Positions 11,101-19,316 of a DNA stretch of 64,000 nt are shown in pieces (the first letter of the stretch is position 1; each line of letters starts with the position of its first letter). The translations under genes and the position numbers were made by a program. The notes below the pieces were generated by a model. That model worked only from the letters and a program-made list of their open reading frames with translations. It had not been told where the DNA came from and ran no database searches. Location of the stretch: the NCBI GenBank assembly GCA_963720545.1, contig OY970399.1, positions 288,001 through 352,000 of the forward strand. The letters run 5' to 3'. Origin of the DNA: an uncultured Acidobacteriota bacterium. Lineage in GTDB: Bacteria; Acidobacteriota; Vicinamibacteria; Fen-336.

Positions 11101-11139
11101 GACGCCCAGCGAGCGCAGTCCGACGAGGCGCTCCCTCAT
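8101..11139 (-). CDS. GT-C (PMT/ArnT-like) membrane glycosyltransferase with two N-terminal sugar-binding beta-sandwich domains
   Basis: ATG 11139 overlaps the upstream stop (ATGA); repeated (L/V)NG..(Y/H)D(L/I)TP..G.N.L segments; HDE acidic motif, EFAARLP, many TM helices. Confidence 0.75.
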   Translation of the reverse strand: MRERLVGLRSLGVEMVLVLGTALVAAALLFCKAEGLTPHLSPLALRGARWMTTPDQAPVAYFRKELYVDRRVKDAWVTIAAGEANFKLRVNGEIVGESWVLDRNAAGIYDLTPYLKPGKNALALNVRSANYSLPARAVVAGGYRDVAGSETLFSSDSSWSAASRFEAQGNLEIPWYDSRYIQQHETPALGGEAPDPKQLPHLPVDAALFSVATPPWITTPDPSSTSAVFSGVFDVAVGFRTIWLRVACPDGYALALNGVRIFGRVDPAPILEIHDITPFVNRGRNTLDVRVSSPASLPRIALDLIIDRSGTGGDAVSWTPTWTVSASGRARQPAAALPPVEAGAAYGGPAGFAQPLPKKLRVDALPSPWLARAAAGALFFGFGILCLALADWVIMGLILRSVASEVRWTTALRYDALLRLPVLLLFAALWVIGTDERNDPGFAFRPNFTLAAVGVLLALRLLLVAWLALAHRRRAVFAPSIAFVRAAWLRHGLALLCLAPLLVTGAFLRTEKARAASFGHDELSMVRFAQAIDEFGSPIRYVGPLKKRLTTYELLPYPIWLSMKAFGQSEFAARLPAIVFGMLTTLLLYVIGTTTWRPGVGLMAAAVHALSPFSIFWGANAFHPQQAQFFALLTTWLFYLAFGTGPGPVRRLPLAAAAVSFCFMYLSWEGAGVLLPALVLCLLVQRGRHLSWLREPFVWLAACAVSIVVIGQLARRTLDSRAFLAVGSSIAGNALSLGFLATTYNPWAYVQTFLLAPHHLILTLLLIVGLPVAIRNRAVQYYVILLVAVLMTLTNFVVPQSPRYAYFAQPLLLLPACASLFLCADYLRSRAPAVLPGFLRVTVACCVAFAATGVLASSNSLVLRTERLGARAGRMLPDVTPEVGGLDYRSAAEFVAQNRRKGDTVIALMPQALLYYANFAPDYYLQSYTSRLVMYDMNDANPRYMDRFAGSTVLRSEKELAEVLNQHRRAWIMATPAAAFDGSNDAVTLDFVNRSAKVVFETYGMRIYLWER

Positions 11140-12380
11140 GTGCCGCCGAGGCTGCGGAACATCCGGTAGTTCTGCGACGGGTCGAGGCGCCGCGCCGCCT
11201 CGTACGCGAGCCGCGCCTCCTCCAGCCGGTTGAGGCGCATGAAGCTGTCGCCGATGTTGCACTGCAGGTCGGCGCGGATGCGCCGGTCGCGGATCGCGGT
11301 GCTCGCAAAGCGGCCCATCGCGATGCCCTGTTCGTAGCGGCCGACGTCGAAGTAGGCGCGGCTCAGGTAGAACGCCGCCTGCGCCTGCTCGGGATCGAGC
11401 GCGAGGGCCCGCTCCCAGAGACCGATCGCCTGCGGCACGCGCTTCTCCTGGTACGCGGCGCGCGCCTTCTCGATGAGCGCCGAACTGAGTTCGCGGCGGG
11501 CCAGCGAGCGCAGCGGCTCGGATGCGTCCTGCGCCAGCGGCATGTAGACGCCGATGCCCTGGTCGACGTCGCCCATGGCGGTGGCGCGCGCGGCGACGTA
11601 GAAGCGCGCGCTCGGATCGTTGGCGCGGCCGAGGCGGTACTGCGCCTCGCCGATGCGCCGCCAGATCGGCTCGCTGTAGGCCACCTGCGCCGAGTCGCGC
11701 TGCGCGCTCGCATACTGGCGCAGCGCCGCGTCGAAGCGCGCGTAGGTCAGGTCGCGATCGGCGCGCGCCGCCGACAGTTCTCCCGCGAGCGGCTGGCGCA
11801 GCAGCGCCGCGGCGCCGAACAGCGAGACGCCGAGCGTGATTGCCGACCAGGCGCCGGCGGCGAACGGCCGCGCCCACACGCAGGCGAGGAGTGCCAAAAG
11901 GGCGCCGGAAAGGCACAGCCACCAGCCGCGGCCCATGAAGTAGACGCTCGCGGCGACGCGGTCCGTGAGGCCGTCGGTGACGAGGTCGTGCTCGAGCAAC
12001 GGGTCGGCGCCCTTGTTCCAGGGCAGGAACAAGTCGGAGAAGCGGATGATCGCCGAGTACTGGGCGTTGTCGTTGACGAGCGCCCACAGCCGCGCGTCGC
12101 GCAACGACAGGCTCGCGAGCACGAACACGCACAGTGCCAGCGCCAGGCTCGCGGCGACCGCCGTCAGTCGCACCAGGCCGAGCAGGCAGCAGGCACCCGC
12201 GACCACGGCGAGCAGCAAGGCAATCGTCAGGTGCGAGGCCGCGGCGCCGCCGCGCAGCGGCGACTCGATCCAGGCGAGAAAGGCCGACGCCGCAATCAGC
12301 AGCGAGCCGATGGTGCCGACGATGCGGGGAACCGGCCCGCGGCCGGGCTCAGCGGCGCGGGCGAGCGGCTCCGCCGCCAT
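11136..12380 (-). CDS. Membrane-anchored TPR protein
   Basis: Hydrophobic N-terminal half; TPR patterns ERALALDPEQAQAAFYL and YEAARRLDP. Confidence 0.75.
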   Translation of the reverse strand: MAAEPLARAAEPGRGPVPRIVGTIGSLLIAASAFLAWIESPLRGGAAASHLTIALLLAVVAGACCLLGLVRLTAVAASLALALCVFVLASLSLRDARLWALVNDNAQYSAIIRFSDLFLPWNKGADPLLEHDLVTDGLTDRVAASVYFMGRGWWLCLSGALLALLACVWARPFAAGAWSAITLGVSLFGAAALLRQPLAGELSAARADRDLTYARFDAALRQYASAQRDSAQVAYSEPIWRRIGEAQYRLGRANDPSARFYVAARATAMGDVDQGIGVYMPLAQDASEPLRSLARRELSSALIEKARAAYQEKRVPQAIGLWERALALDPEQAQAAFYLSRAYFDVGRYEQGIAMGRFASTAIRDRRIRADLQCNIGDSFMRLNRLEEARLAYEAARRLDPSQNYRMFRSLGGT

Positions 12381-13740
12381 CCCAGTCGCCGTTCAGGATC
12401 TGAAGCTGCGCCCCTGCATAGCGGCGCTCCCACGTGTTCTCGTTCTGCGCCAGCTGCAGTTCGAGCAGCGCGACCTCGGCGCGATTGACGACGTCGACTG
12501 AGGTGAGGCTCGCACCCGCCTGGCCGCGGGCACGCAGCAGCGCCTCGTTTGCCTGTTCCACCTGCGCCTCGAGGAGCTTCGCGTCCTCGCTCAGCTGCTG
12601 GTAGCGCGCGTGCACCTCGCGCAAGCCGCCTTCGAGCAGCAGCCGTTCGTTGCGCGCCTTCGCCTGCTCCTCGCGCTCACCGGCCGCCGCGACCGCGGCC
12701 TGCCGCGACGACAGCCCCGAGTCGAAAACCTTCCAGATGAGCTGGAACGAAACCGAGCCCTCGTCGGCGATCGGCGGGCGGTAGTCGTCGGCAAGCGCGT
12801 AGCGCGCCAGGATCGAGGCGGTGGGCAGGCGGTCCTTGCGCAGGCTCGCCGCCTCCTCGCGCTGCGACTGGGCGCTCAGCTCCGCCGACTTGACCGCCGG
12901 CGATTCGCCGATGCGGGCGAGCAGCTGCTCGATCGGCGGCGGCGGCGCCGGCGCCTGCGCCGGCTCGCGGATGTCGATGGGGCTCAGCATCGACATGCCG
13001 AGCGCGGTCGCGAACTCCTGTTCGGAGCTGCGCTGCGCGAGCTTCGCCTGGGCGACCGCGTGGCGCGCGGTCGCGGCTGCGACCTCGACGACGAGCGCAT
13101 CGCTGCGGGTGATGAGCTTGCGGTCGAGCTGCGCCTGCGCCATGCGCACGTCGGCCTCGCGGAACTGCACTGCCTTCTCCAGCAGCGGCACCTGGTGGCG
13201 GTACTTGAGGACCGCGAAGTAGGCGGTCGCGACGCGCTGCGCGACCTCGCGGCGGGTGACCCCTTCCGCGAGCGCCTTGGCGCCCGCGTCGAGCCGCGCG
13301 GCGTTGGTGTAGCGCGAACCGCCGAGGGTGAGCGCGCCGTGCGTGAACGCCGGGATCTCGAGCACAGCCTCGCCGGTGTAGTACGTGCCGCGCACGAAGC
13401 GGCGCACGCCGAACTGGTCGATGCCGCCGAGGCCGACGAACGGGCTGGTCGGCGAGCCGCGCAGGTAGCCGCTGCTGCCGCCGATGGTGAGCGACGGCGC
13501 CTTTTCCGCCGAGCGCGCGCCAATCGTCGCCTGCGCTGCTTCGGTGCGCGCCTTGGCCGCATCCACTTCGGGATGGCGCGTCAGCGCGTAGGTGATGCAG
13601 CCGGCCAGCTCGCAGGAGAAGTTGCCGGCGGGCGGGGCGGCGGGCGCTTTGGCCTGGGCATGCAGTTGCGGCGCCAGCGCCAGCGCGATGGCGGCGCTAG
13701 CGGCTGACCTCGCTCGGAGCGTTTGTCTCAGTGTCTTCAT
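12349..13740 (-). CDS. TolC-family outer membrane factor
   Basis: Signal peptide; ALTRHPEV, VATAYFAVL, RLPTASI, W.VFDSG; duplicated OEP architecture. Confidence 0.85.
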   Translation of the reverse strand: MKTLRQTLRARSAASAAIALALAPQLHAQAKAPAAPPAGNFSCELAGCITYALTRHPEVDAAKARTEAAQATIGARSAEKAPSLTIGGSSGYLRGSPTSPFVGLGGIDQFGVRRFVRGTYYTGEAVLEIPAFTHGALTLGGSRYTNAARLDAGAKALAEGVTRREVAQRVATAYFAVLKYRHQVPLLEKAVQFREADVRMAQAQLDRKLITRSDALVVEVAAATARHAVAQAKLAQRSSEQEFATALGMSMLSPIDIREPAQAPAPPPPIEQLLARIGESPAVKSAELSAQSQREEAASLRKDRLPTASILARYALADDYRPPIADEGSVSFQLIWKVFDSGLSSRQAAVAAAGEREEQAKARNERLLLEGGLREVHARYQQLSEDAKLLEAQVEQANEALLRARGQAGASLTSVDVVNRAEVALLELQLAQNENTWERRYAGAQLQILNGDWDGGGAARPRR

Positions 13741-14920
13741 TTCCCAATCTCACCTTGTCCCCATCCCGAAGGTTGAGCTGTCCAACCGTGACGACGCGAT
13801 CCCCTTCGGCGAGGCCGTCGACGATGGCCGTCTGGCCGTCGCCCACACCCCCCACCTTGACACGCCTGAGCCTGGCCAGGCCTTTCTCGACGACGAACAC
13901 CGCGCTCTCCTGCGGACCGGCAGGATAGATGAGCGCAACGCTCGGCACCAGCAGCGCCGTGCTGCGCTCGCGCTGCAGGCGCACGAACGCCGTCAACCCC
14001 AATTTAAGGCGCAAACCGTTGTTTGCGAGCTCGACAAATGCCTGGAAGGTCTTGGTGTCGGCGCTGGTGGTGGGGTCGACGCGCACCACCTTGCCGGTGA
14101 ACTCTTCGTTGAGGAAGGCGCTGAAGGTCACCGTGGCCGGCTGGCCGATGCGGATGATTCCCAGCTGTTCCTCGGAGATCTGCGCGGCCACCAGCACCGG
14201 ATTCATGCGTCCGATGACCATCAGCTCGGCGCCGAGGCCCGGGGTTTCGCCGCGGTTCGTGAGCCGCTGGGTGACGACACCGGTGACCGGCGAGGCGATG
14301 GCACTGTAGGAAAGGGCGCGGCTGGCCTCGGCGCGCTTGGCCCTGGCCGCCTCGAGCGTGGCGGTCGCGGAGTCGAGGGCCTGCTGCGCCTTCTCGACCT
14401 CGGTGACCGCGAGGAAGCCCTGCTTGAAGACGCCCTCGACGCGGTCGCGCTGCACGGCCGCGCGCTCGCGCTCGGCCGAGGCGCGCACCACTTCGGCGGC
14501 GGCGCTGTCGGCAACGGCACGCAGCGACTCGGTCTCGAAGCGCACCAGCACCTGGCCCTGGCGCACCATGTCGCCGAGGTTGGCGCTGATGTCCGAGACG
14601 CGCGCCGAAATGCGCGAGGTCAGGTGCACGTAGTCGGCGGGCACGACTGCGCCGGTTGCGCCCAGCGACTCGTTCAGCTCGCCGCGACGCGCGGCCGTGA
14701 CCATGACCGGGATCGGGTTGCCGGTGCGGCGCGCCATCACCGCGTCGGTGCGCACCATGTGGGGCAGGACCTCCTGCCACAGGTAGCGAGCGCCGAGCGC
14801 ACCGCCTGCCACCAGAAGCAGGGCGCCACCCAGGAAGCCGGTAAGCCGGACAGGACTCATTAGAGGATGCGCGGCGCTTTGCTTCGAGGGCCCACGGCGA
14901 AGGAGCTTATCATCCGACAT
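13697..14920 (-). CDS. Efflux periplasmic adaptor (membrane fusion protein)
   Basis: N-terminal TM; GDMVRQGQVL and IASPVTGVV lipoyl halves, alpha hairpin, GLAEGDRVVTVGQ; alternative start 14860. Confidence 0.85.
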   Translation of the reverse strand: MSDDKLLRRGPSKQSAAHPLMSPVRLTGFLGGALLLVAGGALGARYLWQEVLPHMVRTDAVMARRTGNPIPVMVTAARRGELNESLGATGAVVPADYVHLTSRISARVSDISANLGDMVRQGQVLVRFETESLRAVADSAAAEVVRASAERERAAVQRDRVEGVFKQGFLAVTEVEKAQQALDSATATLEAARAKRAEASRALSYSAIASPVTGVVTQRLTNRGETPGLGAELMVIGRMNPVLVAAQISEEQLGIIRIGQPATVTFSAFLNEEFTGKVVRVDPTTSADTKTFQAFVELANNGLRLKLGLTAFVRLQRERSTALLVPSVALIYPAGPQESAVFVVEKGLARLRRVKVGGVGDGQTAIVDGLAEGDRVVTVGQLNLRDGDKVRLGNEDTETNAPSEVSR

Positions 14921-15094
14921 TGCGCCCTTGCAGGCGCGAAGGTAATGTCGTAGCGGTCGTCACAACCGGTCGGTCGTGAGTGCGTTTACCCTCCGTAAAG
15001 CCCCGCGCCGACAACACTTGATTGCAACTGGGGCCTGATGTTCACGGATAGTGTCCATAGAGGCGGAGCCGCGTTCGACGCTGGGGAGGCACGT

Positions 15095-16399
15095 GTGTCC
15101 GGGGGTTTGTGGAGCACCATCACGCCGCACCTGCGGGTGCGCCACACGCGGAGCCCGGCGCCGCGCGTGGACGCGTGGGTACTCGACCCCCAGTTCCGCC
15201 AGGCGCTCGCGACCGTGCGCAGCCTGGGTGCCGCCGGCCGCTACGTCGGCACTGCCTGCTGCCTGCCGCAGGCCCGCTGGGCACCGGCGGCCGCATCCCG
15301 CTGGTGCGGCGCCAACGCTGTCCTTCCCGACTTCACGGTGGCGCCCGAGAACTATGTGGCGGCGCTCCTGCACCTGCTCGACGAACATCCGGCGCGGGTG
15401 CTGATCCCCGGGCACGACGGCTCGATCGCCACCATCCGCGCGCACCGCGCCGAGTTCGAGAAGCGCACCGTAGTTGCGCTGGCCTCCGAGGAGGCGCTCG
15501 CGATCGCGGGCGACAAGGTGCGCACCCTCGAGATCGCAAAGCGCCTCGGGATCGCGGTGCCGCGCAGCGTGCTGGTGCACGACACCAGCGAAGTGAAGGC
15601 CGCCGTCGAGCACCTCGATTGCCCGGTGGTGGTGAAGCCGACGAGCTCCTGGGCCACGAGCGGCTCGGTGGGCACGCGGCTCTTCAGCATGGGCGCTCGC
15701 AGCCTCGACGAGGCCACGCGCAAGGTGGACAGGATCGTCGCCAGCGGCGGCAGCGCCTTGCTGCAGGAGTGGCTGCCGGGACGACGGGACGCCGTCAGCC
15801 TGTTCGTGGCCAAGGGCGAAGTGACGGCGCGCTTCGCGCAGTCGTCGCGGCGCGAGTATCCGCCGCTCGGCGGCAGCTCGGTCTTCTGCGAGAGCCTGCC
15901 GCTGCAGTTGGACATCGTCGCACCGGCGGAGAAGCTGGTGCGCGAGATCGGCGCCGAGGGCTATTCGATGGTCGAGTTCCGCCGCGACCGCAAAGGCCTG
16001 CCCATCCTCATGGAGGTGAACGCACGGATGGCGGGCTCGGTGCAGCTGGCGCGCTCCTGCGGAGTCGACTTTCCGGCGATGACCTACGCGTGGGCGCTCG
16101 GCGAACCCCTGCCTGCGGCGCGCGCCTATCCCGTAGGCCGACGCCTGCGCTGGCTCGGCGGGGAAGCGCGCGCGCTGCGCGTCATCTTCCGCGACCACGG
16201 CCAGCTCGACGTGCCCGCGCGCGGCGCGGCCCTGGCGGCCGCGATCGGCGACTTCTTCCTGCGTCCGAGCCGCATGGACGTGATCGACCTGCGCGACCCG
16301 CGGCCGGCGATCGTCGAGGCGGGGTACATGCTGGACGGGGCGGTGCGCGTGCTGTTCGGCGCCGAGGTGCCGGGCGAGGCCGAGGGGACTGCGGCATGA
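15095..16399 (+). CDS. ATP-grasp carboxylate-amine ligase
   Basis: DKVRT, PVVVKP, LLQEWLPG, MVEF, LMEVNAR; GTG 15095 has a GGGGAGG RBS (ORF track starts at 15038). Confidence 0.8.
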   Translation: MSGGLWSTITPHLRVRHTRSPAPRVDAWVLDPQFRQALATVRSLGAAGRYVGTACCLPQARWAPAAASRWCGANAVLPDFTVAPENYVAALLHLLDEHPARVLIPGHDGSIATIRAHRAEFEKRTVVALASEEALAIAGDKVRTLEIAKRLGIAVPRSVLVHDTSEVKAAVEHLDCPVVVKPTSSWATSGSVGTRLFSMGARSLDEATRKVDRIVASGGSALLQEWLPGRRDAVSLFVAKGEVTARFAQSSRREYPPLGGSSVFCESLPLQLDIVAPAEKLVREIGAEGYSMVEFRRDRKGLPILMEVNARMAGSVQLARSCGVDFPAMTYAWALGEPLPAARAYPVGRRLRWLGGEARALRVIFRDHGQLDVPARGAALAAAIGDFFLRPSRMDVIDLRDPRPAIVEAGYMLDGAVRVLFGAEVPGEAEGTAA

Positions 16400-17625
16400 G
16401 CGGCGCCCTGGTGGACGTCGCCATCATCGGCGCCGGCCCTTACGGCATGTCGCTGTCCTCGCAGCTGAGCGCTGCGCGCATCGACCACCGCATCTTCGGC
16501 CTGCCGATGCAGACCTGGCGCGACATGCCGCCGGGAATGTTCCTGAAGTCCTTCGGCTTCGCGGTCACGCTCCCGAGCCCCTATCCCGAACGCAATCTGC
16601 CGAGCTTCTGCCGCGCCGAAGGCATCGAGCACTTCGAGCCGGTGCCGACCGCGGCGTTCGTCCGCTACGGCGAGCAGTTCCAGCGCGACCTGGTGCCGCA
16701 TCTCGAGAAGACCATGGTGCTGCGGCTGCTGCGCGACGGCGACTTCGTGCTGGAGCTGGAGAACGGCGAGAGCGTGCGCGCGCGCCGTGTGGCGATCGCG
16801 ACCGGGCTCAACCACCTCGCGTACGTTCCCGAGCAGCTCGCCGCGCTGCCGGCGGGGCGGGTGAGCCATCCGTCGCGCCGGCTCGACTACGCGCTCTATG
16901 CGGACCGCGACGTGGTGGTGGTGGGCCGCGGTCAGTCGGCGATCGAGGCCGCGGTGCTGCTGCACGAACACGGCGCGCGCGTGCGGCTCCTGGGGCGCAA
17001 GCGGCTCGACTGGAGCCAGCGCTTCGACCGCAACCGCTCGCTGCTGCGCCGGCTGATGCGGCCGAACTCGGTGGTGGGAGCCAGCTGGGTCAGCTACCTG
17101 CTGCAACACTATCCGATGCTCGGCTATCACATTCCCGAGCGGCTGCGCCTGTGGCTCACCCGCACCTACCTCGGGCCTGCCGGCGCCTGGTGGGTGCGCG
17201 ACCGCTTCGAGCACCGCGTGGCCTTCGACGACGACGTCGCCGCACTGGCGGCAGCGCCCGAAGGCGACCGCCTGCTCATGACGATCACCACGGCATCCGG
17301 CTCGCGCCGGCGTTTCACGGCCGACCATATCGTCTCCGGCACCGGTTATCGCTTCGAACTCGATCGCCTGCCGTACATGGACCCGGCGCTGCGCGGCTCC
17401 CTGCGGCGGATCGCGCTCGCGCCGGCGCTCGACCGCGACTGCCAGTCGTCGGTGCCCGGGCTCTACTTCATGGGTCCGCTCGGCGCACCGACTTTCGGAC
17501 CGATGCAGCGCTTCGTCGCCGGCTCGCGCTTCGCGACACCCACGGTCTTCCGGCACATCAAGGCCGCGCTTCGGGCAGCCGCCTCGGTCCCGGCCACGCG
17601 CCGCAGCGAGCGCGCCACCCAATGA
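16396..17625 (+). CDS. FAD/NAD(P)H-dependent oxidoreductase (flavin monooxygenase/disulfide reductase-like fold)
   Basis: IIGAGPYG, IATG, VVGRGQSA, SGTGY, PGLYFMG; ATGA overlap with the ATP-grasp gene. Confidence 0.8.
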   Translation: MSGALVDVAIIGAGPYGMSLSSQLSAARIDHRIFGLPMQTWRDMPPGMFLKSFGFAVTLPSPYPERNLPSFCRAEGIEHFEPVPTAAFVRYGEQFQRDLVPHLEKTMVLRLLRDGDFVLELENGESVRARRVAIATGLNHLAYVPEQLAALPAGRVSHPSRRLDYALYADRDVVVVGRGQSAIEAAVLLHEHGARVRLLGRKRLDWSQRFDRNRSLLRRLMRPNSVVGASWVSYLLQHYPMLGYHIPERLRLWLTRTYLGPAGAWWVRDRFEHRVAFDDDVAALAAAPEGDRLLMTITTASGSRRRFTADHIVSGTGYRFELDRLPYMDPALRGSLRRIALAPALDRDCQSSVPGLYFMGPLGAPTFGPMQRFVAGSRFATPTVFRHIKAALRAAASVPATRRSERATQ

Positions 17626-19313
17626 CCAAGCCGCCGCGGGTGCTGATCGTCGGGGTGGATGGCGCCACCTTCGACAACATCAGGCCGTGGGCCGAGGCGG
17701 GGCTGCTGCCGAACTTCAGGAAATTCCTCGACCAGGGCGCCGCGGGCACGCTCCGCTCCACCATCCCGCCGCTGACGGCGCCGGCGTGGACTTCGTTCAT
17801 GACCGGCAAGAACCCGGGCAAGCACGGGCTCTACAACTTCGTCGAGCGCAAGCAGGACAGCTACGAGATCCGCTACTCGAACGCGCGCACCCGCCATGCG
17901 AGCACGCTCTGGCAGATCCTCAGCGACGCCGCGCTGCGCGTCGGCGTGCTCAACGTGCCGATGACCTATCCGCCCGAGGCGGTCAACGGCTACATGATCT
18001 CCGGACTGGACGCGCCGGAGGACGGACCGGCCGCGGTCTATCCGCGTGAGCTCCACGCCGAACTGAAGGAGCGCTTCGGTCCGATCAACCGCCAGTACCG
18101 CTACCTCGGCAACCTCACCGACGACCACCGCAAGAGCGTCCTCGACACGCTCGAGGAGATCGACGGCCACTACCACCGCGTCGCCGACTACCTGCTCGAG
18201 GCGCACCCGGTGGACGTCGCGATGGTCGTGTGGACCTCGAGCGACACGGTGCAGCATTTTTTCTACCACTACCTCGACCGCTCGCACCCGCAGTACGACG
18301 CGGCGGGCGCCGAGCGCTACGGCGACGCGGTGCTGCGCACCCACCAGCGCATCGACGCCATCATCGGCGCGCTGGCGCAGCGGCTCGACGGCGACGGCAC
18401 GCTCATCGTCATGTCCGACCACGGCTTCCGCGGCACCAGCGGCAGGCTGTTGCGCCTCAACCGCTTCCTCGAGGAACTCGGGCTCATGAAGCGCAAGGCG
18501 CCGGCGACCCAGCCGGTGGCGCCGGTGTTCGGGGTCGTCGACCGGCTGCTGCGACGGCACCTCACCTCGCGCAACAAGGAGCGGCTCGCCGCCTGGTTCC
18601 CGCGCCTGCGCGCCAAATGGGAATCGCAGTCGCGCGGCCTGCACGGCGTCGACTGGGGCGCGACCAAGGCGTTCGCCAGCGACCTCGAGATCTTTCCGCC
18701 GCGCGTCTGGATCAACCAGCAGGGCGTCTTCCCCTCGGGAATCGTCGCCGCCGCCGACAAGGAGCCGCTCCTCGACTTCATCGTCGAGAAGCTCTACACG
18801 CTCAAGGACCCGCTCACCGGCAGGCAACTGATCGAGAAAGTCTGGCGCAAGGAAGAGATCTACCACGGCGACGAGCTCGATCGCGCGCCCGACCTGACCA
18901 TCGGCTGCTGGGACGGCATCAGCTTCGTCGGCGCCGGCACCCGCCGCGGCACCGACACCGTCTCGATCGTGAGCGGCGAGCCCGGCGCCGGCGAATGGAC
19001 CGGGGCGCACGCGATGCAGGGAATCGTGGGCTTCCTCGGCAAGGCGTTCCGCCCGACGGCCCTGCAGGGAGCCGACATCGTCGACGTGGTGCCGACAGTG
19101 CTGCACCTGCTCGGCCTCGAGATTCCCGAGGACATCGATGGCCGGGTCCTCGACGAGGCGTTCACCGACGAGTTTCGCCAGGTGCGCGGCGCTCCGCGGC
19201 GCGGCAGCCCCCGGGGCGGCGACGCCACCGCCGCGCGCGAGGCCGAAACCTACACGGACGACGAGAGCGAGAAGGTGGCCGAGCGCCTGCGCGGCCTCGG
19301 CTACACCGAGTAG
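17622..19313 (+). CDS. Alkaline phosphatase superfamily (NPP-like) protein, paralog 3
   Basis: MTKPPRVLIVGVDGAT, PPLTAPAWTSFMTGKNPGKHG, SDHGF, RLRGLGY; ATGA overlap. Confidence 0.85.
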   Translation: MTKPPRVLIVGVDGATFDNIRPWAEAGLLPNFRKFLDQGAAGTLRSTIPPLTAPAWTSFMTGKNPGKHGLYNFVERKQDSYEIRYSNARTRHASTLWQILSDAALRVGVLNVPMTYPPEAVNGYMISGLDAPEDGPAAVYPRELHAELKERFGPINRQYRYLGNLTDDHRKSVLDTLEEIDGHYHRVADYLLEAHPVDVAMVVWTSSDTVQHFFYHYLDRSHPQYDAAGAERYGDAVLRTHQRIDAIIGALAQRLDGDGTLIVMSDHGFRGTSGRLLRLNRFLEELGLMKRKAPATQPVAPVFGVVDRLLRRHLTSRNKERLAAWFPRLRAKWESQSRGLHGVDWGATKAFASDLEIFPPRVWINQQGVFPSGIVAAADKEPLLDFIVEKLYTLKDPLTGRQLIEKVWRKEEIYHGDELDRAPDLTIGCWDGISFVGAGTRRGTDTVSIVSGEPGAGEWTGAHAMQGIVGFLGKAFRPTALQGADIVDVVPTVLHLLGLEIPEDIDGRVLDEAFTDEFRQVRGAPRRGSPRGGDATAAREAETYTDDESEKVAERLRGLGYTE

Positions 19314-19316
19314 GCG

